From Catajapyx aquilonaris (Eukaryota): DNA of 20,000 nucleotides. The stretch lies in contig KZ538414.1 in the NCBI GenBank assembly GCA_000934665.2, positions 52,998 to 72,997 of the forward strand. Direction: 5' to 3'. The notes beneath the pieces are model-generated. The model ran no database searches, was not told the origin of the DNA, and worked only from the letters and a program-made list of their open reading frames with translations. A program made the translations under genes and the position numbers. This document shows, piece after piece, positions 11,200 through 19,841 of this stretch. Positions within the stretch are counted from its first letter, which is position 1, and each line of letters begins with the position of its first letter.

Positions 11200-11669
11200 C
11201 AGGGTGTTCCAAGTTCGTGGGGGCATTTTATAATAGTTATTATATATTTAGATCAAAGCACTTGCAGTCTGTTACTACATTCGACAACCTCATCGCAATG
11301 AAGCTATAACTTACACAAAAATAACTACTTTATAATAATAATAATAATAATTTGTACCCCGTGCTAGAGCCATGGGCCTTCTTAGGGGGGTGGGATACCA
11401 CCATATTTTTAAATCTGAAACTCTTGATTTCGTTTTTACTTCTAATCTTGGGATAGGGACGGAAGGAAGCGGCTGTGGCCTATAATTACGAACACGACCC
11501 CGGAATTTTCCTGGTGAGACCATGGGAAACCACAGAAAACCACCGGCCACCGGGATTCGAACCCAGGACCTCACGATTAGCAGTCCCCTCCGCTACCACT
11601 GCTTCGGTCAAAAATAACTACTTTGGGCGATAGATGACTATATACAAACGACCCACGAACTTGGAACAC
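11200..11669. mobile_element. CAGGGTGTTCCAAG-type MITE interrupted by SINE copy 2
   Basis: The left end is TA|CAGGGTGTTCCAAGTTCGTGGG and the inverted right end is CCCACGAACTTGGAACAC (11652-11669). The internal sequence resembles 16681-16795. Confidence 0.75.
11332..11608 (-). mobile_element. tRNA-derived SINE, copy 2 (same family), inserted inside a MITE
   Basis: A 16-bp TSD CAAAAATAACTACTTT flanks it (11316-11331 and 11609-11624). It shares TACCCCGTGCTAGAGCC, GGAAGCGGCTGTGGC, AAACCACAGAAAACCA, GGGATTCGAACCCAGGAC and CTGCTTCGGT with copy 1. The tail is (TTA)n. Confidence 0.9.
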
Positions 11670-12858
11670 ACAACTACGATTTCATATGCTCGAATTACTA
11701 TCAAATTTCGATTAATATTCAAATTGAAGTGCTCAAGATGGTGGTTAACATGTTTTTTCTCCCCAAAAAATAATCAACCTACATGTCTGTAGGGTTTTGT
11801 TAAAATTCATGTACTTAATGGGGTTTATCATCGCTTCAATTATTTTATAAACTCTCTAAGTGAAGATCTACACCATTGCTTTTTCCTCATCGTGCGTCCA
11901 ATAAGAAGTCTGTGGCCATTGCCAAATGCAAGTCACGGTTCCTCTGGAGGAAATGAACTTACAACCAGAGACGGCTTATCGTGGTCGCCCAAAGGCAGCA
12001 AAAGTAATCAAGTCACGAGTCGCATACCATCGATCGAACCCCAAAGAAAAGTCGGGGTGGGCTACCCTTTGCACAAAGGAAGACGCCATTGTTCTCAAGT
12101 TTTATCTCTAGAAGATTCAACCAAATGGTTCAATATATAGCCAAATTTATATTTTTTTTAAAAATCATAAATTTTTCGACATTCAAACAATATACTTTCC
12201 CTAATGTGAAACCTGACGTATGAGGACCTCCCACAATTCTTAGCTACTGGCGCACGTGCATGAAAGAACAAGATGGCAGCCATTCTTGTCAAGACTTTGA
12301 AGGCCCTCTTTAATTACGTTATAAAATTACATTTTTTTACCAAACCAGTCGCTGGCGGGCATGCAAATGTGAAATTAAGGCACGGAACCACAAAAATGCG
12401 TTCATAAATAATCTCGGCGGCAAAATTTTCATTCTTTTCTTTCCTTTTTTTTGAAGTTAGCAATTGTTGGGGGGTGGCCAATAGTTCGAAAGAGCGTGAA
12501 ATTAGCTGTTTTCGTGGAAACTCCACGGTTTAGAATGACGTCAGCGGTTTAAGAGGGTGTTGGGGACACTTAGAAAATGTGGCACGAATTTGTTCTTCAA
12601 GGATTAGTTCAGGAACTTTCGGATGTTCAAGACCAGTCAACACCAATTTTTAATTTTAATTTAATTTTTAATTTTTCATCGACACATTGCCATCCCTATT
12701 TGACAACCTGCCAACACTATTTCTGTCACACCCTGTTTATCTATATATTTAAAAAAAATCACCTTCCAAGAACTCCCAAGTTGCATTAATTTGCGAAACG
12801 CCACCCTTCACGAATTTATGACCTCTGTTGAGTCATGCGCACCCCCCCCCCCCCCCCC

Positions 12859-12975
12859 NNNNNNNNNNNNNNNNNNNNNNNNNNNNNNNNNNNNNNNNNN
12901 NNNNNNNNNNNNNNNNNNNNNNNNNNNNNNNNNNNNNNNNNNNNNNNNNNNNNNNNNNNNNNNNNNNNNNNNNNN
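12859..12975. other. Assembly gap between a C run and a G run
   Basis: The arrangement is C17, then the N run, then G about 15. Confidence 0.95.
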
Positions 12976-13276
12976 NGGGGGGGGGGGGGGAGAGTATAGG
13001 GGGGGTGGAAAGGCTTTCTCTTGGACAAACGTCAACTCGTTTCGCACATGAGCGGAAGGGTGACAATGCTACCAGACTGGGAGTTGTTGCTGTCCAAAAG
13101 TGAGGACTTTTTAGCAAATTTTTTAAAAAATTTATTGTGGTCAGCACACAGATTTGGGTCCGAAAGGTGGCAGCAGTGGCGAAATGAAAATTTTGCAGTT
13201 ATTTTCTGATGCTTTGATTCTGAAGCTATTCATTGTTGTATGATCAATATGCAGCCTTGGCCGAGACGGCTTGCTG

Positions 13277-13324
13277 CACTCTTAACCATTTACCTTCTCT
13301 AGAGAGGGTAAATTGTTAAGAGTG
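13277..13324. mobile_element. 48-bp palindromic mini-MITE, copy 2
   Basis: The sequence is TG|CACTCTTAACCATTTACCTTCTCTAGAGAGGGTAAATTGTTAAGAGTG|TG, two mismatches from the reverse complement of copy 1. Confidence 0.8.
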
Positions 13325-13486
13325 TGGGATCTCCGCCTGGGAGTTCCCTTTCACATGCGTCAGGAGGGACCTGTACCTTTGGAGATGTCTGGCAACTTAA
13401 CCTCCTGATGGGAAACAGCGACCCCATATCAGACATTGCACTTGCACCCATGTTCCCTCCACAAAAAAAATCCCCATCCTTACTCC

Positions 13487-13638
13487 AGGGGTGGAATACC
13501 ACCATTTTTCCTTCAATTTTCTGATTTTTCTATAGCTATAGCTGATGTTTTCAAATTTTACAGTCGGGCATGTCCTTTCATCCTTGCACCGGAAGAAAAA
13601 TCAGAAAATTGAAGGAAAAATGGCGGTATTCCACCCCT
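13487..13638. repeat. Foldback/MITE-like inverted repeat upstream of the MATH-BTB gene
   Basis: The arms are about 45 bp: AGGGGTGGAATACCACCATTTTTCCTTCAATTTTCTGATTTTTCT and AGAAAAATCAGAAAATTGAAGGAAAAATGGCGGTATTCCACCCCT. I found no TSD. Confidence 0.8.
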
Positions 13639-13662
13639 CCCCCCCCCATCACGGGGTAGCGC

Positions 13663-13700
13663 AAATAAACAAAAATAAACAAAAATAAACAAAAATAAAC
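13663..13700 (+). repeat. 10-bp tandem repeat (AAAAATAAAC) x ~4
   Basis: The sequence is GCAAATAAAC AAAAATAAAC AAAAATAAAC AAAAATAAAC. Confidence 0.9.
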
Positions 13701-13927
13701 TGCATAAGGGACAGTTTTTGTCCACATAGGACAGTCCAAATTATTCAAACCAACAATTTTTACCCTCATAAAGTGTGAGGCCATGTTTCCATGCCACCAG
13801 TGGAATGTCCTTCAAAAGGCAGGCATTGTTGCACTGTAGCACGCAGAAAAGCAGTTAAGACTGACTTAATCTGGACTTATATCAGTTTAGTTGTCAGAAT
13901 CATTTTCCTGAGTTCTGAGTAGAAATA

Positions 13928-14011
13928 ATGGAACATAATCATGACAAAATGGAAACTTCTGAAGAGACAGATGAGCACGATTGTCACCCGATGTGTCGCC
14001 ATTGTTACCAC
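13928..14011 (+). CDS. MATH-BTB (SPOP-like) gene, predicted coding exon 1 (MEHNHDKMETSEETDEHDCHPMCRHCYH)
   Basis: An ATG-initiated 28-codon open frame ends exactly at a consensus donor CAC|GTGAGT (14012). It is phase 0, matching the phase-0 acceptor at 14737. Confidence 0.6.
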
Positions 14012-14737
14012 GTGAGTTTTTCCTTGGCAACTATGTGTAAACAGGCGGTTATTTTACAAACCGCGCTGTTCTGATCGAGCAGCGGAATACCACCTTCCAA
14101 ATTTGAGTTCCATATTGGACTAACAATGTGGGCTCGTGTAAAATCGGTCGTAAGTGTTGTGCTATTCTCATATATCTTCAAATCTACATATATAGGTGGT
14201 GTACATGTCATATTCCAATTGGGCTGGTTAACAATGTAGGGCATTGTTGTCTCATTATTGCTAATATTGAATAGTGTAAGTACCATTTCCCGATAGATCT
14301 GCCACATAGCATTCTTTTACAGTATTGGTAACAATGATGGTCAACAACGCTTTTAAAAGTCAACAATGGCACCGAAGTGGCTCTCTTGTAACATAATAAC
14401 TTCCATTTCCTTACACACAATAAGTTTTACGACCATTGAAAAAATACAATGCATAACTTCTTCTGACCCCCCCCCCCCCTCCAACAATATTATGGACTTC
14501 CTGGAAACGTAACATGTTTACTGCCACATATGCAAAATATTATTGCCTCAACAGGCATTGTATAAAATAGGAAACGTGGTACCAAAGATTCGTCAAACTT
14601 GAACACACTGAGTCGAAGCAATGGGCAATTTTGTTCGGCTGGCGATGAGCCACCTGCTGCGTAACAACAATGAGCAAAGAATAATATTCCCCCCGATTTA
14701 CCTTTGTTGTATTCATGACCACCCCCGTCTTTTCCAG

Positions 14738-15634
14738 CTCCGACATTTGATATGGCAGCAGATTCCACCACCAACCTCTACTATCGAGAACGGCAATTTA
14801 CATTTCGAGTGGAACATCCCAAACTTTGTCAAGCTGGACACTGTCCAACAATACATCATCCCTGAGGCGACCATGACCGACGAGAGGAATTACCGTTGGG
14901 AAGTCCAGATCCGACCAAAAGAAAGTCGTCAGACGGACAGTACCGATGTAGTGTGTCTGAAGTTGAAGCTTCTGACCACTCCAGAACCGGAGCTACGTGT
15001 GGGTGTGACCTTATCCATTGTTGGCCGGAATGGTGACCATCTGAACCAGTGGTCCATCACAGACTGGGTGCACCAGGGAGATGAGCTAAGTGTGGTCAAC
15101 TTCGTCACCTGGAACGACCTAAAGGATATGACTAAGGGTCTCCTGCAGATGGACGGCTCTTTTGTCCTGAAAGGGGACATTGTGCTGGTGGACTACAAGC
15201 CTCGGATGTCCATCTTGCCTCAAGCAATCCCAGCCATCATGTCCACACCTGCAGCACCTGGACCATCCTTCGACGTGGTGATCATATCTGTAGGAGATGA
15301 CACATACGATGTCCAGAGGTCGGTACTGGAAGGTGCCAGCTCCAAGTTCAGGGAGATGCTGCAGGACGCTGAGAGGGACGGGGACACCGGACGAGCCAGG
15401 GTGTCCATCAACCAGGCCACGATCGAATCGGTACGGTTCATGGCGGACTATCTGGCCACTGGTCAGTTAGAGGACTTTGCCGAACAGGGACCGAACATGC
15501 TCCGTTTGGGCAACCAGTTTGGACTGCAAGAGTTGATGGAAGAGGTCGAAGAGAGGATGGCGGAGCATATTGATGCCAACAATGCAGTGGAGTACTTTCT
15601 GATTGCTGACCTGTACGGCTGCCAGAAACTTAGG
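14738..15634 (+). CDS. MATH-BTB (SPOP/roadkill-like Cullin-3 adaptor) gene, main exon encoding the MATH and BTB domains
   Basis: The acceptor is CCCCCGTCTTTTCCAG|CTC and the donor is AGG|GTGAGG at 15635. The MATH-like region reads HFEWNIPNF...RWEVQIRPK...VVCLKLKLL...FVTWNDLKDMTKGLLQMDGSFVLKGDIVLV. The BTB-like region reads FDVVIISVGDDTYDVQRSVLEGASSKFREML...FMADYLATG...LGNQFGLQELMEEVE. The 3-box/BACK start reads IDANNAVEYFLIADLYGCQKLR. Confidence 0.88.
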
Positions 15635-15668
15635 GTGAGGACAAAGTCATCGGTGTACATTCACAGTG

Positions 15669-15931
15669 CAGGGAGCATATACTACATAAGAGGCGCAAAC
15701 ATTCCATTCGCGCGTCTCTCTGCTTGGGGTGGTCATTTTGAAAAGGGGGCAACGCCAACGAGGTATAAATAGGGTACAGGCAGGCCGTAAAGGTCCGCCA
15801 TCTTTGATGGTTTTGGCGGCCATGGCACTTCACGGCTGCTCGTTGGCGTTGCCCCCTTTTCAAAATGGCCGCCAGATTTGGCAACGGTCCCAAACAGAAA
15901 GATGCGGACATCTTATGTAGTATGCTCTCTG
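15669..15931. mobile_element. MITE-like element in intron 2 of the MATH-BTB gene
   Basis: The terminal inverted repeats are CAGGGAGCATATACTACATAAGA and TCTTATGTAGTATGCTCTCTG. An internal 32-bp inverted repeat GGTCATTTTGAAAAGGGGGCAACGCCAACGAG lies at 15731-15762 and 15839-15870. Confidence 0.72.
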
Positions 15932-16106
15932 GTAATGGTGACATATTAGAACAGTACTGACCTCGCAATAGACAACAATGATTATGTCAACAATCTGCTA
16001 ATAATATTCGGTTAAACATCATTGGTTTCTATAATGTCAGCACTATTCTAGGCCACATCTAGTCGATTTTTTGGGGGCAATAACTTATGTGAAACTGTTT
16101 CTTCAG

Positions 16107-16289
16107 CACCAATCGATGCACTTTATCCGTGAGAACTTGAGCGAGGTGAAGGCCACCCCCAAGTGGCACGTGCTGTCCAACTCTCGAGAAGACCTTTTTC
16201 ACATGCTGTACCCAGAGGAGCATCGTGGACAGAAAAGAAGTCGTTCTCCCTTAGGAGATGCCGGACTCAGCCAAAAACGCAGCTGCTAA
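16107..16289 (+). CDS. MATH-BTB gene, last coding exon (BACK region and basic tail)
   Basis: The acceptor TGTTTCTTCAG|CAC is phase 0. HQSMHFIRENLSEVKATPKWHVL continues the SPOP BACK pattern (cf. [25 protein letters not shown]). The exon ends in a basic NLS-like tail QKRSRSP...QKRSC*. Confidence 0.82.
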   Translation, partial: HQSMHFIRENLSEVKATPKWHVLSNSREDLFHMLYPEEHRGQKRSRSPLGDAGLSQKRSC

Positions 16290-16353
16290 AACCCCGTCGT
16301 CATAAGAATCGTACTTAAAACACTTGCGCAATAATCGCCGTCTTATGAGAGGC

Positions 16354-16359
16354 AATAAA
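16354..16359 (+). terminator. Candidate polyadenylation signal of the MATH-BTB gene
   Basis: AATAAA lies 65 nt after the TAA, with a T-rich tract downstream (about 16394-16401). Confidence 0.55.
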
Positions 16360-16680
16360 ATATGATTACGATCCTAACTTCTGTCATCGCCTGTTTTTTT
16401 TCCCCTTAGAGGTGATGGAAGGATAAGAAATCACTGCCATTTTGGACGGTTGGTCCGTCATACCCCTGAGGGTAAAACCGTTTTTTTTGGGCTGCACCTT
16501 TTCATCTTCTTCAGGTGTTTTGTTATAATTGGACATTTTCCGCGCCGGCAGAGGCGGGTGGCTTTGTCAAATGGTACCGACCAAGGGTATGCCGAAATGG
16601 GGAACCGTTGACATGTGATCCTGAAGAGCTATCAGAATAAGCGCGCCTGGCATGCGCCTATCAGTGGGGGGTCAACAGTA

Positions 16681-16796
16681 CAAGGTGTTCCAAGTTCGTG
16701 GGTCTTAGGAAATTTCGCTCACATTTGTTGTGCCACTATCCTACAAAAAAAATAACTGCTTCGAATGATATCAGTGATAACAAAAAACGACCCACA
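16681..16796. mobile_element. CAGGGTGTTCCAAG-type MITE, left part
   Basis: TA|CAAGGTGTTCCAAGTTCGTGGGTC...AAAATAACTGCTT...AAACGACCCAC is homologous to the 11200 element. It is cut by the next element. Confidence 0.65.
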
Positions 16797-16798
16797 TA

Positions 16799-17159
16799 CA
16801 GGGTGATCAAACTTTTTTGTCGTTTTAGTTATTGACAAATTCGGCAATGCTTATATTGTAGCCCGTTACCTGGCAACCCCGTCCGGCGGGCCAATTCAAA
16901 CATCGGCACATGGAGAGCGCTTCCATTGTTGCCACTGTTTACAAATCGAGTGAGTGAGTGCGCAGGCAGAAGAGACCCGTCGCTGGGTCGTCCGCGTCAC
17001 TCACTCGATTTGTAAACAGTGGCAACAATGGAAGCGCTCTCCATGTGCCGATGTTTGAATTGGCCCGCCGGACGATGTTGCCAGGTAACGGGCTACAATA
17101 TAAGCAGCTTATGCCGAATTTGTCAATAACTAAAACGACAAAAAAGTTTGATCACCCTA
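16799..17159. mobile_element. Tc1/mariner-type foldback MITE with about 160-bp arms
   Basis: The left arm TA|CAGGGTGATCAAACTTTTTTGTCGTTTTAGTTATTGACAAATTCGGC...GTTTACAAATCGAGTGAGTGA has a near-perfect reverse complement ending ...GTTTGATCACCCTA|TA. Confidence 0.9.
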
Positions 17160-17357
17160 TAGCCGTTATCAGTACTGGAAAATTGCCTGCTGTGCACACT
17201 TCGGTTGAAAATATTGCAATTTTGGAGCTTGGAACACCCTGTAGGGGTGCGAAATGGGTGTGTAAGTGCACTATTATGTTCCAAGCTCCAAAATTGCACT
17301 ATTTTCAACAGAAGTGTGCACAGCAGGCAATTTTCCAGTACTGATAACGGCTATAGG
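17156..17357. repeat. Long inverted repeat (about 80-bp arms) abutting the preceding MITE
   Basis: The arms are CCTATAGCCGTTATCAGTACTGGAAAATTGCCTGCTGTGCACACTTC...TTTTGGAGCTTGGAACA and TGTTCCAAGCTCCAAAATTGC...GGCAATTTTCCAGTACTGATAACGGCTATAGG. Confidence 0.85.
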
Positions 17358-18273
17358 TGCTCTTACAGGTACCTCGTTCAGATATCATCACCATTTTCGT
17401 AGATATCATCACAATTTTTGGCCCAACTTGTTGACAACAATACTAAAGCCATGCCACCCATTAAGAAGAATCAGCAATAACAGGATTACACCCCTTTACT
17501 TACAACCCAAGTAATCCCTGTCGCCTCCAGGGGTTCGAACCCAAGAGATGGATGTTCCCTCTGACATTCTTGACCGGATGAAAAGCCAAGCAGTGGCGGT
17601 GTATAGAAAAGAAAAAAGGTAAGTGTTGGACCCTGAGGCCCATCCGTTTGTAGCGCAATAATCGGCGGGCCTGCAGATAAATCACGCGTCCCCCCTAGAC
17701 TGCGCCACCTGCGCCAACTTGCCCGTTATTCATTGAATTAGATTAGCCGCGGCTTTGTTCTGCGCCGCCCAAGGAAAACAAGTGAGAAGCACGGCGGTAG
17801 GCTATGGCCGCCCCGAATAAATTAGGGGCCTGTTTGTGGCTGGGGGTTCCATTTTCTTATTCTTCCTGACCCCCCACCCCCTCCCCCACCCCCTCATTTC
17901 ACAAAGTCCTTTTGGTTTGGAGAGAGACACGCCCAGTGCACCTGACATGCTGCTCTTTGTTCATGCCTGTTTGGACATGCTCAGACAGGATGGTTTGGAC
18001 GATGCGACAACAGGTTCCGCGGTTGTGGGCTAAGAGACCGAGACGAAGTGATGATATGTACCATCAATGGTGATGGCTATGATGGGATGAGCTACAATGA
18101 GTGTCAACAATAAGTACAAGCCACCTGTTGCCACAGACCAGATAAATCATATACATTTTGGGGATTTAGACTCAAAAAAGTGCAGTTTTCGGACTTTGTC
18201 CTGAATCAGAGGCACGTGGGCAATCAGTGTGCCAAGTTTCAATACTCGCAGTAGTCTGAAAGTGTGTTAGGTA

Positions 18274-18827
18274 CACTATAAACCGAAAAGCACCAAACCG
18301 AAAAGAGCATCTATGGAAAATCCATTTTAATGCTCTTGTGATGCTCTGTTAAAGTTTTTTGTTGCTAAAAGCATCAAAGAAACATTATACTAGGCCAACA
18401 AAACCTCAAATTTCTCAAAACAACAAAAATGGACTTAGGGGACTTTGGAAACCGCCTCTTTTATTGATGTTCCATGAGAGACTAAGTAGTCAGTCTTTTA
18501 ATGCTTTAATGATGCTCTTGTAATGCTTTTTGTTGCTAAAAGCAACGAAAACATTAAAAGAGCATTACAGGAGCATTAAAAATTGGTGTTCCATGGGCGA
18601 CTCAGTACACTGTAAACCGCAAAACATTACAAGACCATCGCTGGTGAGTCTCTCATAGAACATCAATTTTAATGCTCTCTTGTGATGCTTTTTATCAACC
18701 AAAAAGCATCACAAGAGCATTAGAAAAGCATTAAAAATTGATGTTCCATGAAAGACTCACCAGCGATGCTCTTGTAATGTTTCGCGGTTTACATTGTACT
18801 GAGTCTCCCATGGAACACCAATTTTAA
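18274..18827. repeat. Compound foldback region of the CACT(A/G)TAAACCG / (TAATGCTCTT) family
   Basis: The region starts TA|CACTATAAACCG and repeats TTTTAATGCTCTTGTGATGCT, AAAAGCAT and GTTCCATGAGAGACT blocks in both orientations. Hairpins lie at about 18495-18582 and 18576-18827. Confidence 0.65.
18608..18796. mobile_element. Foldback element TA|CACTGTAAACCG...CGGTTTACATTG|TA
   Basis: About 85-bp inverted arms with AGCAT/ATGCT subrepeats are flanked by a TA duplication. Confidence 0.8.
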
Positions 18828-19060
18828 CCAATTACCTTATAAATTACCTTCTTTGTGCAAAATACCTTCTAAATCCGGAAGGTAAGGAGAAATATAGAAG
18901 GTAAGGTCGTGAAAAGAAGGCAAGCGACACATGCTACCTCTGTATAAATTTGATAAAGAGGTAGCACGTGTATCTTACCTTCTATATTTCTCCTTACCTT
19001 CCGGATTTAGAAGGTATTTTGCACAGAGAAGGTAATTTATAAGGTAAATGGTCAAGAGTG
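18824..19060. mobile_element. Longer foldback element of the CACTCTTAACC family, built of TACCTT subrepeats
   Basis: TTAACCAATTACCTTATAAATTACCTTCTTTGTGCAAAATACCTTCTAAATCCGGAAGG... is mirrored by ...AGAAGGTAATTTATAAGGTAAATGGTCAAGAGTG. The terminus is shared with the 48-bp elements. Confidence 0.8.
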
Positions 19061-19841
19061 ATTCTGCTTTATTACTGATGAAGATGATGACAATAATGAT
19101 GAGACCTACTTCCACCAATTAAACTACAAAGTGTTCCACAGCATATCAACACGGTACTAAAACAAGTTTTGCTAAAAACACAGCAGGAACAATTACCTAG
19201 ATAGCAACAACATCGAACCAGATTATTGATTGCCGCTATAGTAATTATGAGCTCAGGTCAGACAGGCCCAATCTAAATGAGTCTAAAATACGTGTTGTAA
19301 CAAAGCTATACAAAGGACTTTACAAAAGTCTGACATGGTCTAATCTGATCTAGTGTCAAGTGTTGTAACATTTTCACATGGTTTCTAGCTAAAAATGTTT
19401 ACATCCTTCAACCCGTCACTCTCAAATGTGTCTACGGCTTTTTATCAGGTTTTCATTACCCTTTGGGTTGTATAGTAGTTAGTTAGAGACCTAACAAAAA
19501 AAGGGCATAATGAGCCAGAAGCCCTTGTAAGAATGCAGATGGATTGGGGGGGGGGGGGGGGCAANAACTAGCAGATGACTGGCTAAAGTATGTGCTAATA
19601 TTTTTGATGAACTCTATCTTGGTTAATAATAATTCTGTGCGTGAAACGTTTTTGACACCCCTAGAAGGAATAATTAGTTAATTACTAAGAGAGGTTTCTT
19701 ACAGTTTCTTCACGCAACTTGAGGATCAAGGGTGTGTCTTATATATCAAAAGGGTTCAGGCCTCGTTAATGCCATCTGGGTGTTGAGAGACATAACTTGC
19801 AAATAGGCCGGATGAATATCTGAAATTTTATTTTATATATA

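Noticed and set aside
12791..13147. ORFs spanning the second N gap
   Set aside because: They are artefacts of N and poly-C/G runs.
14621..15772. 383-aa ORF as a single-exon gene
   Set aside because: Its ends run into introns. After 15634 it reads through a MITE, while the BACK domain continues at 16107.
16958..17514. ORFs of 61-128 aa in the MITE cluster
   Set aside because: They lie within inverted repeats and show no transposase motifs.
17530..17542. GGGTTCGAACCC B-box-like palindrome
   Set aside because: No A box, tRNA fold or SINE body accompanies it.
17973..17992. p53-like half site GGACATGCTC
   Set aside because: The second half site is poor, so this is expected by chance.
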